From Bacteroidia bacterium (lineage in GTDB: Bacteria; Bacteroidota; Bacteroidia; UKL13-3): a stretch of DNA of 64,000 bases. This document shows, piece by piece, positions 54,318 through 63,538 of the stretch. Each line of letters begins with the position of its first letter. Within the stretch, counting starts at the first letter, position 1. The notes under the pieces were generated by a model. The model did not search any database and was not told where the DNA came from. It saw only the letters and a list, made by a program, of their open reading frames with translations. Position numbers and translations under genes: made by a program. Location: positions 7,569 to 71,568 of the forward strand of contig JALONK010000008.1 of NCBI GenBank assembly GCA_025454975.1. Reading direction: 5' to 3'.

Positions 54318-55114
54318 ATGCTGGATTTTAATGGGATTATTACACTTACCTGATAGCCTGAATCCGGTGATGAGGTGAATTGGATTTTTCCATTTACTGC
54401 ACTTATTCTACTTTGCATACTTAACAGTCCAATTCCTTTTCCAATCTTTTCATTTACTTCAAAACCTATTCCATCATCGGAATATTGATAATTGATGCTA
54501 TCATTTTCTACTTCAACTTTTATTTCAATCAACTTAGCATGCGCATATTTGATGGTATTATTAATTAGCTCCTGTGATACCCGATAGAGCGCACGTTCAA
54601 TATCTGCAGGAAATCTTATGTCTTCGCTTGGCTTGTACAGATTAGCTTTTACACTTCCCGATTCATTCACTTTGGTTATTAACTCTGTTAATGCTTCTAT
54701 TAATCCAAAATCATTCAACACCACAGGCATTAATTTTCTGGAAATACTCCTGGTTTCACTTATACTTTGTTTGTTTAAAGTTTTAAGTTGGTCAATAGTA
54801 TTGGGTAAATTATCTAGGCTATATTCAGGATTTTTTATGGCTGTTTCTAACCCATGTAATGTCATCAATTGTGTGGTTAAAATTTGACTTAAGCTATCAT
54901 GTAATTCAGCAGCAAATTCTTGCTTTTCGTTTTCTTGGGTAGTAATAATTGCTTCCAATAACTTTTTTTGATGTTGCAATTCAAGGCGACTAAGTTCTGC
55001 TTTATAGGATGATCTTTTTCTTTCATAAATAATCATGAATAAAAAGATAAATACAAACACCACCACCATGATGAATGTACCTGCAAATACAATTATCTTA
55101 AGCTTGTCTTCCAT
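54314..55114 (-). CDS. Sensor histidine kinase (HisKA_3 + HATPase_c) with one N-terminal TM
   Basis: ELHDSLSQILTT H-box; N/G boxes (NNTIKYAHA..., DDGIGF); 4-nt overlap with the downstream RR gene. Confidence 0.8.
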   Translation of the reverse strand: MEDKLKIIVFAGTFIMVVVFVFIFLFMIIYERKRSSYKAELSRLELQHQKKLLEAIITTQENEKQEFAAELHDSLSQILTTQLMTLHGLETAIKNPEYSLDNLPNTIDQLKTLNKQSISETRSISRKLMPVVLNDFGLIEALTELITKVNESGSVKANLYKPSEDIRFPADIERALYRVSQELINNTIKYAHAKLIEIKVEVENDSINYQYSDDGIGFEVNEKIGKGIGLLSMQSRISAVNGKIQFTSSPDSGYQVSVIIPLKSSI

Positions 55115-55740
55115 GGTTTATACAATAAAAGTCCATAACTGTATATTAGATAACTACTCATATTTAATACAGAATGAATATGCCAGATACTCGCATGCCA
55201 ACCTAGTTGAAGGTTAGCAGAATAGCTGTAAATCATAAACAAAAACGTATTACCCAAAAAATAGAGCAACATTCCACTGTGTATCCAAAAAATAGGATCT
55301 TTGATTAAATCAGTATCAGGTGCTTCGTTTATAATTCTGTTGTAAAAATAATATAAGCCGTATATGGCCAAAACAAAAGTCTCAAGCGTAAGAAAAAGTG
55401 GATTAAACTTTAAGAACAGGTTGGAAATAATGTTATGAATTAAGTAACCTAGAGGAAACAACACGGCCAAAATTACAACAATCTTTTTGAAGATGGATTT
55501 GTTAATGGTATTGATGAAAAAAATAGAAAGTATCACAAATTCAAAATTGGTGTAAAGATGAAAATTGACCATGTTGTTTTTGAAAAAATGGCGCAAAAAA
55601 AATGAATTAAGTTCAGAAACAACCGATATGAAAATGTACCATAAAAATGGTCTCAAATTTCGAGGAGCTTTATTATAAACTAATAAAGCAATTATCGCCG
55701 GAATGAGAACTGAACTAACTGAAATATTAGAGAAGCTCAA
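55093..55740 (-). CDS. 6-TM membrane protein, probable sensory partner of the adjacent histidine kinase
   Basis: 215 aa, six hydrophobic helices; 22-nt out-of-frame overlap with the HK start. Confidence 0.5.
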   Translation of the reverse strand: MSFSNISVSSVLIPAIIALLVYNKAPRNLRPFLWYIFISVVSELNSFFLRHFFKNNMVNFHLYTNFEFVILSIFFINTINKSIFKKIVVILAVLFPLGYLIHNIISNLFLKFNPLFLTLETFVLAIYGLYYFYNRIINEAPDTDLIKDPIFWIHSGMLLYFLGNTFLFMIYSYSANLQLGWHASIWHIHSVLNMSSYLIYSYGLLLYKPWKTSLR

Positions 55741-55748
55741 ATTAAAAA

Positions 55749-56057
55749 CTATGAATTTAAAGAGTTGGCCTTTCCACAGTCTTCAGGACAAGGCCTTCCT
55801 TTATCAGCAATTAAACCAAGCATGTCATCACCGTTCGCATCAGCCCCAACAAATACAAGTTTTTGTGCTCCGGCGTTATCAAGTCCGTAATAAACCCTAA
55901 TGCCCATGCATCCTTGTTGGTTTAAGATATCAAGAAGGATATCGCGTCCCATAAAAAATGCTTTGATTCCATTTGGATTAGCATTACGGTAGTTTGTAGT
56001 TAGGGTTGAGGCCTCTGTAATGTCTATTGGTGCCCCTTCAGTTCCATTGAATGTCAT
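55749..56057 (-). CDS. Small hypothetical protein heading the two-component operon (weak PepSY-like pattern)
   Basis: 102 aa, no signal peptide; ...GIRVYYGLDNAGAQKLVFVGADANGDDM...; Cys-rich tail GRPCPEDCGKANSLNS; 8 nt upstream of the membrane-protein gene. Confidence 0.4.
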   Translation of the reverse strand: MTFNGTEGAPIDITEASTLTTNYRNANPNGIKAFFMGRDILLDILNQQGCMGIRVYYGLDNAGAQKLVFVGADANGDDMLGLIADKGRPCPEDCGKANSLNS

Positions 56058-56255
56058 AATTTTAAATTTAAGGTGTTATGTAGTAAAATTAAGATAATTT
56101 ATATGACAAAAATATTAATTCACATGACAAATCATGATGTTAATTTCAAAATTCATCAAATAATGCTGTAAATGAGTGTAAGTATTTAAAATAACTATGA
56201 ATTCACTCTATAATGCCTGTTAGTACTATCTTAATTTAGCATAAATTTTTCAGTT

Positions 56256-56831
56256 ATGTATTTATTTGTTTTTATTTTCACTTTGTTTTTGCTTTCGGCT
56301 ATTATCATTTATTGCGATTTAAAATTTGCCATGCTCCGCGATATTAGCTCCGCATCACCCAAACCATATAGTTTCGCTCGTGTACAACTGGCATGGTGGA
56401 CAGTTATTGTATTGTCATCTCTTATTACTACTATTCTTACTCAAGGTTGGCAAATCCCTGACTTAACAGAATCTACATTATATTTATTAGGAATTAGTAG
56501 TGCTACGACAACAGCAGCAGCGTTAATAGATATAAGCGACCAGAACAATACCACCATTACTTCCTTAAATCAAAATGATAATGGAACCAATTTTTTCTTA
56601 GACATATTATCAGATAAAAAAGGTGTTAGCATTCATCGTTTTCAAACTGTTGTATTTAACATTGTATTTGGTGTTTGGTTTATTAAAACATTCATCACTA
56701 ATCTTCAAATTGGAACTGTAGCTTTAGATGATCTTATCCCTGATTTTAGCAATAATAATTTAATTCTTCTTGGTTTAAGTTCAGGGTTATATGCTGCACT
56801 TAAAACTGTTGAAAACAAAGCGAATGCCTAA
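56256..56831 (+). CDS. Membrane protein, function unknown
   Basis: 191 aa; 4-5 predicted TM; Asn/Thr-rich loop. Confidence 0.45.
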   Translation: MYLFVFIFTLFLLSAIIIYCDLKFAMLRDISSASPKPYSFARVQLAWWTVIVLSSLITTILTQGWQIPDLTESTLYLLGISSATTTAAALIDISDQNNTTITSLNQNDNGTNFFLDILSDKKGVSIHRFQTVVFNIVFGVWFIKTFITNLQIGTVALDDLIPDFSNNNLILLGLSSGLYAALKTVENKANA

Positions 56832-57034
56832 TTTTCATTTGAATAAACTTATAATGATTCTATCATGGTGGTTGTAAAGAATAATTTTCACTCTTTAGAT
56901 ATATTTACAATAAATGTGCTGGAAAAAGAGTGTTTTCACTCTGTTAATTTAAAGCAACCAAACCCACCTTTGTGCTGTCTAACAATTAAATCTCACTTTT
57001 TGAGGGGTAACCTTTAACCATCATTTTTAATAAT

Positions 57035-57175
57035 ATGTTTTTTTCATTCTCACTTCAAGTTATTATAGCTGCATTATCAATTATTTTAACATGCCTACTT
57101 TTTTGGATAGGCTATTTAATCGGTTACAATCATGCCAGAAAAATGTTGATGGGTAAGTACAACAAACTATTTTAA
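57035..57175 (+). CDS. Candidate small single-TM protein (46 aa)
   Basis: MFFSFSLQVIIAALSIILTCLLFWIGYLIGYNHARKMLMGKYNKLF; ATG start; hydrophobic core plus basic tail. Confidence 0.3.
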   Translation: MFFSFSLQVIIAALSIILTCLLFWIGYLIGYNHARKMLMGKYNKLF

Positions 57176-57186
57176 AACTGTACACC

Positions 57187-57339
57187 TTGTATCAAACATT
57201 ATTTTTTTGGCTAGTATTGTTATTTATTCTATACCTTGTATTTAGTATAGGTTTCTTTTATGGAATGAGTAAAGGGAAAAAAGCAATTTTCAAAAAAATT
57301 AAACCACATCAGATTGATGAAATCAAGAAAGACAAATAA
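57187..57339 (+). CDS. Candidate small single-TM protein (50 aa, TTG start)
   Basis: LYQTLFFWLVLLFILYLVFSIGFFYGMSKGKKAIFKKIKPHQIDEIKKDK; begins 12 nt after the first small ORF. Confidence 0.25.
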   Translation: MYQTLFFWLVLLFILYLVFSIGFFYGMSKGKKAIFKKIKPHQIDEIKKDK

Positions 57340-57466
57340 AGTTTGTAATGTCTTTTAACAGTAATAATCATTATTTAACAAATTATAGATTTATTAAATA
57401 ACTTGACTTATGGATTTAAATTAGCATATTTAACAATTGACGCATATACTTTAAATTAATCTAATA

Positions 57467-58501
57467 ATGAAAAAAATAATTACTATAGATGGAGGTGGAA
57501 TTCGTGGAATTGTTCCCGGGGTAGTATTAAGAACTCTAGAACAAAAAATTCAACACAAGCTGCAAAATCCAAAGGCACGCCTAGCCGAATATGTTGATTT
57601 TATGGCGGGTACAAGTACAGGCGGAATTTTAGTAAGTTTATTATTATGCAATGATGGCTCAGGTAAACCGAAGTATAGCGCCGCAGATGCGGTTGATTTA
57701 TACATAAAAAACGGCAGTAAAATTTTTGATGTATCACTGAAGAAAAAAATCAATTCATTGGCAGGTTTGTCTGATGAAAGATTTGATGCAAAGGTATTGG
57801 AAGAATTACTTCACCAGTATTTTGGTGACCTAAAGTTAAGTCAATTGTTGAAACCGTGTTTAATTACGTCATACGATATTAAAAGCAGGAAAGCCCACTT
57901 TTTTACTCAACACGATGCTAAGAAAAAAGGTGATGCACACGACTTTTTAATACGTGATGTTTGTAGGGCAACTTCTGCTGCACCTACATATTTTGAAACA
58001 GCCTTAGTAAAATCCAGGCTGGGTGTTTCATACGCCTTAATTGATGGAGGTATCTTTGTGAATAATCCATCAATGTGCGCTTATGCCGAAGTAAGAAATG
58101 CCGAGCATGGTGAAGAACATGATAAGATTACAGCAAAACGAATGTGGTTGTTATCCTTAGGTACAGGGGACGAAAATATCTCGTACGAATATGATAAGGC
58201 CAAGAACTGGGGTATGGCAAGTTGGTTAAGCCCATTGATAGATATGATGATGTCGGGCTCATCTGAAGTTACTCATTATTATTTATTGAAAATGTTTGAT
58301 GCTGCCGATGTGAGTAACCAATATAAACGCATTGCACCAACTAAAATGTATAATGCAGATACCGATATGGCAAATGCTTCGGATGAAAATATTCAAGCAT
58401 TGGTTGAATTAGGTTTGTTAACTGTTCAACAACATGATGAAGATTTAGAGAAAATAGCTGATTTTTTAATTAGTGATGGAAACGATGCGCTCGCATATTA
58501 A
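57467..58501 (+). CDS. Patatin-like phospholipase
   Basis: Oxyanion hole DGGGIRG, nucleophile elbow GTSTGG, catalytic-Asp motif IDGG. Confidence 0.85.
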   Translation: MKKIITIDGGGIRGIVPGVVLRTLEQKIQHKLQNPKARLAEYVDFMAGTSTGGILVSLLLCNDGSGKPKYSAADAVDLYIKNGSKIFDVSLKKKINSLAGLSDERFDAKVLEELLHQYFGDLKLSQLLKPCLITSYDIKSRKAHFFTQHDAKKKGDAHDFLIRDVCRATSAAPTYFETALVKSRLGVSYALIDGGIFVNNPSMCAYAEVRNAEHGEEHDKITAKRMWLLSLGTGDENISYEYDKAKNWGMASWLSPLIDMMMSGSSEVTHYYLLKMFDAADVSNQYKRIAPTKMYNADTDMANASDENIQALVELGLLTVQQHDEDLEKIADFLISDGNDALAY

Positions 58502-59456
58502 GTTATTTGAAAGGTTTGGATTTAATAATTATGCATTTGTCATCCTTCTGCTCCTGTTTGTCGTGTCGTGTGGCCAAAATAAAAACAAAACAACTTCAAC
58601 TCAACAAGAAACTAACAGAGCTTCTGATGATACTGTCAAAAGCACTAATAAGCAGGAAAATCGTGAAATACCTTCTGATTCCTCTTTAGTATCACATATA
58701 AATGCAAATGATACCTCACCTGTTGTTGGGATAACCTCTCCTGATGTTAACCCAACAGAGGAGAATTATAATGACCATGTGTTGGCTCCAAGTGAATCAA
58801 ATGCCGGCCCTGATGCAGGTGCTGAATCTATACCTCAAGAAGGTATCACTACTCATGGTAAACATCAAGACAATCAATATGCCGCTGCTTCAGCTAATTT
58901 ATGCTTTTCTTATTTTAATAAAATTGCCATTAATGAATCAAAAGATATCAATGTAAATCTAAGTTCAATCGTAGATACTAAAACGTTATTGGCAGAAATA
59001 CAAAAGAAAGTAATTGAGCAAGAAGGAAATTCACTTGATAAAATTCGTAATGATAGTCAATCATGTACTAAAGTGAATGTGTTTAAGTTTGTTGAAATAG
59101 AAATTATTGATGTTGACCAAGCTTTTGTTATTATTCCTTTTAATGATAAGCGTCAATCTTTATTATTAAAGCAAACTTTAAACTGGCGTTGGGCTGTTAA
59201 ACCGAAACCCGATGCTGATGTAAAAAATGCACGACTAGTAATTGCCGTAAGAGGTGAAACAGCAGATGGAAGTAGAGCTGATATCACTACTAAAGATATT
59301 CGTCTTACCATAAATATTGATGCACAATCTTTGTGGCGAAAAACTTGGATTTTTTTATATAATAATCCGGAATCACTTCTCACCTTGTTAATATTACCAC
59401 TAATACAATGGATTTACAGTTGGTTTCAAAAGAAAAAACAAACCACCGACCAGTAG
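58485..59456 (+). CDS. Lipoprotein with long polar linker, globular domain and C-terminal TM helix; overlaps the patatin gene 3' end
   Basis: Signal peptide/lipobox ...LLLLFVVSCGQ; about 120 aa Ser/Thr/Asn/Asp-rich linker; C-terminal WIFLYNNPESLLTLLILPLIQWIYSWFQKKK. Confidence 0.55.
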   Translation: MRSHIKLFERFGFNNYAFVILLLLFVVSCGQNKNKTTSTQQETNRASDDTVKSTNKQENREIPSDSSLVSHINANDTSPVVGITSPDVNPTEENYNDHVLAPSESNAGPDAGAESIPQEGITTHGKHQDNQYAAASANLCFSYFNKIAINESKDINVNLSSIVDTKTLLAEIQKKVIEQEGNSLDKIRNDSQSCTKVNVFKFVEIEIIDVDQAFVIIPFNDKRQSLLLKQTLNWRWAVKPKPDADVKNARLVIAVRGETADGSRADITTKDIRLTINIDAQSLWRKTWIFLYNNPESLLTLLILPLIQWIYSWFQKKKQTTDQ

Positions 59457-59701
59457 AGAAAACTTATTTTTATGAGCTTTCTTAATCATGATTGGTAGAT
59501 TATTTTAATCTACTATTGTTAAATGTGCTTACTAATAATCAGTTACTAATATTTATGTTTTGTTTTTATTATTAGATGTGATAAAGCTAAACATATGCGT
59601 GTTGTTTACGGTGGTACGAATCTTAAAGAATCTAAAAGCCTGGTTAATGATATAAAATTGCTTTTAGTTGAATATTTTTAAATTAATTTTGCCGACGAAT
59701 A

Positions 59702-60067
59702 ATGAAGCGGATATTTACCATAGCTATCCTTTTGCTGTTTGTGGTTCAAAGCACCAGTAGTGTATGGATATTGTTATCGTTTTATGCTAAGCAGGATTTT
59801 ATTAGCAGGGTTTTGTGTATTAATCGCTTCGAAGAAATGCCTGAGTGTAAAGGAAAATGTTACCTCTCCAAACAATTAAATCAATCCGATGAAAATCAGT
59901 CGAAACTGCCTACAATAAAGCAATCATCAGAAGAGTTGTTTTTTCATTTACCAATGCTAGCTACCTACGCTTTGCAGGTATATGACCAAGTTAAACAACC
60001 TTTAAACTATCACGAAAATTTACATCCTTCATCTTTTTTTGATGATGTATTTCACCCTCCATGCTAA
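59702..60067 (+). CDS. Small secreted Cys-containing protein, function unknown
   Basis: 121 aa; signal peptide; CINRFEEMPECKGKCYL ... HPPC. Confidence 0.45.
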   Translation: MKRIFTIAILLLFVVQSTSSVWILLSFYAKQDFISRVLCINRFEEMPECKGKCYLSKQLNQSDENQSKLPTIKQSSEELFFHLPMLATYALQVYDQVKQPLNYHENLHPSSFFDDVFHPPC

Positions 60068-60264
60068 ATTTTATTTACGTTGTATTTTAAGATATACAAT
60101 CTTTTTATTATTGATTTCATTTACACATATTGGCATTTAAGTTAGTTGGCTTTAAGCTGTATCAACAATTTTAGCTTGTAAAGTTTCAACATCAATGTGT
60201 TGCTTGTAATCGTTTACTTAAGTAAATTCGGTAGCATAGCATACCGGATAATCATTAATATTTT

Positions 60265-61191
60265 ATGAATTATAAAACCGCTAGAACACGACTAGTATCC
60301 TGCGGTAGTATATTGCTATTAGTTTTTATTTTTCTTTCACCACAAATGTCTTTTGCATGCGATGTTTGCGGCTGTTCAGTAAATGCTAATTATTTTGGTA
60401 TACTGCCTCAATTCAACAAAAACTTTGTTGGTGTACGTTTTAACCAAAGTTTTTTTGATTTACAACATACTCCTTCTTTATTTCCAAAACCGGAACAGGC
60501 ATATTCTGAAAATCTGAATAGGTATGAAATATGGGGGAGATATTTTATTAGCAATAGGCTAATAACTTTTGTAAATATACCATGGCAATATAATATGCGA
60601 AAGGATCAAGATTTAGAACAGTCTTATACAGGTGTTTCGGATGCAAGTATTTCCTTAGTTTATATTCTGTTTAATACCGGCGACAGTGTAAAGCAGAAAT
60701 GGCGCAATACACTGATGTTAGGCTCGGGTATAAAATTACCAACCGGAAAGTTTAGGTCCGATAAACCGGCTTCCATTCAAACGGGAACCGGTACATTTGA
60801 TTATCACTTGAACCTAATTTACACCATCAGGTATAAAAGTTATGGTATGAATGCAGATGCAACCTATCGCATAAATGGTACTAACGATACCTATAAATAC
60901 GGCAACAGGTTGATTTCAAGCTTTCGTTTTTTTTATTGGAAGCAACAAAAAACGCATTCTTTATTGCCTAACGTGGGAGTATTATTCGAAACAGCACAAC
61001 GCGATCAAAGTAATAATATTCCTCAACTGTATACTGGTGGTAATGGTTTTTATTTTTCCGGTGGAGCTGATATTTATATCAAGCGTGTTGTATTTGGTGT
61101 AAATGTAAGTGCACCCTTTGCTGAACATTTAAATAGAGGATATGCGCGAACACAGCATAGATTCTCAACTCAACTTTTATATTTATTTTAA
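60265..61191 (+). CDS. Outer-membrane beta-barrel protein with N-terminal CxxCxC motif
   Basis: 308 aa; signal peptide ...SPQMSFA then CDVCGCS; alternating beta-strands; C-terminal LLYLF. Confidence 0.5.
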   Translation: MNYKTARTRLVSCGSILLLVFIFLSPQMSFACDVCGCSVNANYFGILPQFNKNFVGVRFNQSFFDLQHTPSLFPKPEQAYSENLNRYEIWGRYFISNRLITFVNIPWQYNMRKDQDLEQSYTGVSDASISLVYILFNTGDSVKQKWRNTLMLGSGIKLPTGKFRSDKPASIQTGTGTFDYHLNLIYTIRYKSYGMNADATYRINGTNDTYKYGNRLISSFRFFYWKQQKTHSLLPNVGVLFETAQRDQSNNIPQLYTGGNGFYFSGGADIYIKRVVFGVNVSAPFAEHLNRGYARTQHRFSTQLLYLF

Positions 61192-61214
61192 ACACATTAT
61201 TTAATAACAATTTT

Positions 61215-61928
61215 ATGAATTTTAAACATCATTCTATTTTATACTTTATTATTAGTTTATCAATTTTTTTATTGGGTAGCTGTAAGGATGATCATGACCA
61301 TGAACATGCAGCACCTGAAGTTACATTTTTATCACCAACCTTAGGTGCTCAATTAAATGAAAGTGATACCCTGTGGTTACGTATAAATCTCAATTCATCG
61401 GATGATATACATGATTATGTAGTTGAAGTTACCAAAGTGTCTGATGGTACATCGGTATATAAATACGAAGGTCACTCACACGCGAAGTCGGTTGCAATAA
61501 ATCAATATTTTTTTTCAAGTGTTGATGCAAATACCGACATGAAACTAACGGTAACAACTCTTGATCATAATGGTAAGGCCAATGCTAAAAGTATAATATT
61601 CACCGTGCTTAATAACCAAGAAGCATTAAAGCCTGTTATTACCCTTACTTCCCCTTCGTCGAGCATGGCAACAAATGGCCAAACATTGAATATTAAAGGT
61701 ACTATCTCACATGATAAACAACTTCAATCGGCCCGCATTATATTAACTAAAAATAATGTAACTGTTTTAGATTATCTAAAAGATAATATTGGTGCTACTA
61801 CCTATAGCTTTGATACGAGCCATGTAATTAATACAACCACTCACACTGATTATACATTAATTATCACAGCTAAGGATATACTTAATGTTGAATCATCAAA
61901 AACAGTAGGCTTTCATGTTCATCCATAA
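61215..61928 (+). CDS. His-rich lipoprotein with two Ig-like repeats (putative metal-binding)
   Basis: Lipobox LLGSC followed immediately by KDDHDHEHAAPE; two ~100-aa repeats (VTFLSPTLGAQL... / ITLTSPSSSMATNGQTL...). Confidence 0.5.
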   Translation: MNFKHHSILYFIISLSIFLLGSCKDDHDHEHAAPEVTFLSPTLGAQLNESDTLWLRINLNSSDDIHDYVVEVTKVSDGTSVYKYEGHSHAKSVAINQYFFSSVDANTDMKLTVTTLDHNGKANAKSIIFTVLNNQEALKPVITLTSPSSSMATNGQTLNIKGTISHDKQLQSARIILTKNNVTVLDYLKDNIGATTYSFDTSHVINTTTHTDYTLIITAKDILNVESSKTVGFHVHP

Positions 61929-61948
61929 TTATTAACGATTTTACGCTA

Positions 61949-62329
61949 ATGAAATATATTATTTATTGCTTGATAATAATTGCTATTGTATCATGTTCAA
62001 ATCAACAACAGAATAACCATACATCAACAAATGAAGCAACTGTTGCAACAGGTTCTCAATCGGTAAAGTCAACAGTAGTGATACCTGATGATATAAATGA
62101 ATTATTAAATAAACATACTTGTTTAACTTGCCATGCAGCTGCTGAGAAGGTTGTAGGTCCGTCGTATATTGATGTGGCCAAACGCGGATATAATAATGAT
62201 GAAATAGTTAGTTTAATTTACAAGCCAAAACCTGAACATTGGCCTGATTATCCTCCAATGATTGGTTTACCTCAGGTGCCTAAAGAAGATGCTTTAAAAA
62301 TTGCTGCATGGATTAATACTCTTAAATAA
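61949..62329 (+). CDS. c-type cytochrome (class I, lipoprotein)
   Basis: Lipobox IVSCS; heme-binding CLTCH; GPSYIDVAKRG ... KIAAWINTL cytochrome c fold pattern. Confidence 0.7.
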   Translation: MKYIIYCLIIIAIVSCSNQQQNNHTSTNEATVATGSQSVKSTVVIPDDINELLNKHTCLTCHAAAEKVVGPSYIDVAKRGYNNDEIVSLIYKPKPEHWPDYPPMIGLPQVPKEDALKIAAWINTLK

Positions 62330-62335
62330 AAAAAC

Positions 62336-62731
62336 ATGAAAAAAATACTCTTTACAATTGTATTGCTTGCTACTGTTTGTACAGCATACGCACAAGGAAT
62401 TATGTCTAAATGGCCTCAGTTGAAGTCTTTTCATACGGTTATGTCTCAAACATTTCACCCTAGTGAAGAAGGTAATTTAACCCCAATCAAAGAAAGAAGT
62501 ACTGAGTTGGCTATGAAGGCAGATTCATTATCATCTTCTAATATTCCTGCTGAATACAATACTTCGAAGATTCAAAAGGCAGTATTGCAATTAAAAGTAG
62601 ATGCTAAAAAGTTAGATGAACTTATTAAAAGTAACAAAGCAACAGATGCACAAATTACTAAAGCATTGAGTGATTTACATGATGTGTTTCATCAAATTGT
62701 TGGGTTATGTAAAAATGAACAAGAACATTAG
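62336..62731 (+). CDS. Secreted helical protein, function unknown
   Basis: 131 aa; signal peptide ...AYAQ. Confidence 0.4.
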   Translation: MKKILFTIVLLATVCTAYAQGIMSKWPQLKSFHTVMSQTFHPSEEGNLTPIKERSTELAMKADSLSSSNIPAEYNTSKIQKAVLQLKVDAKKLDELIKSNKATDAQITKALSDLHDVFHQIVGLCKNEQEH

Positions 62732-62732
62732 T

Positions 62733-63116
62733 ATGAAGGCAAATTATTTGGTAGGTTTATTTGTGTTATTTATTATCACGGCTTGTAGTAGAACAGATGC
62801 AGAAGAAGCAAAAAAAGTGGAACGTGATGTTTTCGCAATTCATGATTCAGTGATGCCTAAAATGGGAGCTTTGCTGGCAAAGCGTAAACAAGTTGTTTCG
62901 TATATGGATTCTGTAAAGAACAAACAAATGTTTGATTCACTCCAACAAGTTGTTGCCTTATTTGATAAAGCAGATAAGGACATGATGCACTGGATGCATA
63001 CCTATAAATCGCCAAACTATAAAAGTGATACAGCATTAGTTTATTTGCAGCGCGAATTGATAGCCATAAAAAAAGTAGCAGACCAAATTTATTTTTTGAT
63101 TGGGAAGAAACCTTGA
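62733..63116 (+). CDS. Lipoprotein, function unknown
   Basis: Signal peptide/lipobox MKANYLVGLFVLFIITACS; start 62733 preferred over the overlapping 62670/62715. Confidence 0.45.
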   Translation: MKANYLVGLFVLFIITACSRTDAEEAKKVERDVFAIHDSVMPKMGALLAKRKQVVSYMDSVKNKQMFDSLQQVVALFDKADKDMMHWMHTYKSPNYKSDTALVYLQRELIAIKKVADQIYFLIGKKP

Positions 63117-63188
63117 TACTTCTATTCATTTAGTTTATTTATAAATATGGTTGATATTTAAATAACTCTTTTTAAAATTAACTCCTAT

Positions 63189-63226
63189 AAACCGTTAGTG
63201 TGTGCGCATGCTAACGGTTTTTTTAT
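63189..63226 (+). terminator. Rho-independent terminator closing the 59.7-63.1 kb gene cluster
   Basis: AACCGTTAG-tgtgtgcgcatg-CTAACGGTT followed by TTTTTTT. Confidence 0.8.
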
Positions 63227-63538
63227 TATAAATGTTTTAAATTATTTATCACATCAATAATTAGTATAGCATTATTAGTCGCTACAGGTCTTATTTATTT
63301 AACGAGGTTAATAGAATGAATAAATTATTAGAATGTATGAATCTACTCTTATTTATTATTCACTTTTTTAGTTGGTTTGAATGACCATAACCAAATAAAT
63401 AAATGAATCGTAGAAACCATTTTATAATTATTAAAGTTACACTTTTTTTCATAATTCAACATTTTAAAATGCTATTAGAAGTATAAAGGAGATTGCCGAA
63501 AATCCTTAAGAGTAAGCCATTAATTAAACAACACAATT

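Noticed and set aside
55093-55114. Possibility that the 6-TM ORF and the histidine kinase are one frameshifted 7TM-HK gene
   Set aside because: The kinase ORF has its own ATG and TM helix, and the membrane ORF ends in a clean stop. Overlapping, translationally coupled genes are the simpler reading. Kept as a caveat in the findings.
56922-56942. AGAGTG-tttt-CACTCT hairpin after the 191-aa membrane-protein gene as a terminator
   Set aside because: The stem is only 6 bp with no following U-tract, which is too weak to call. The nearby direct repeat of TTTTCACTCT (56880, 56928) looks like AT-rich sequence redundancy.
62670-62732. N-terminal extension of the last lipoprotein ORF overlapping the previous gene
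   Set aside because: The signal peptide and lipobox begin at the ATG at 62733, immediately after the upstream stop. The extension is hydrophobic junk from the other gene's frame.
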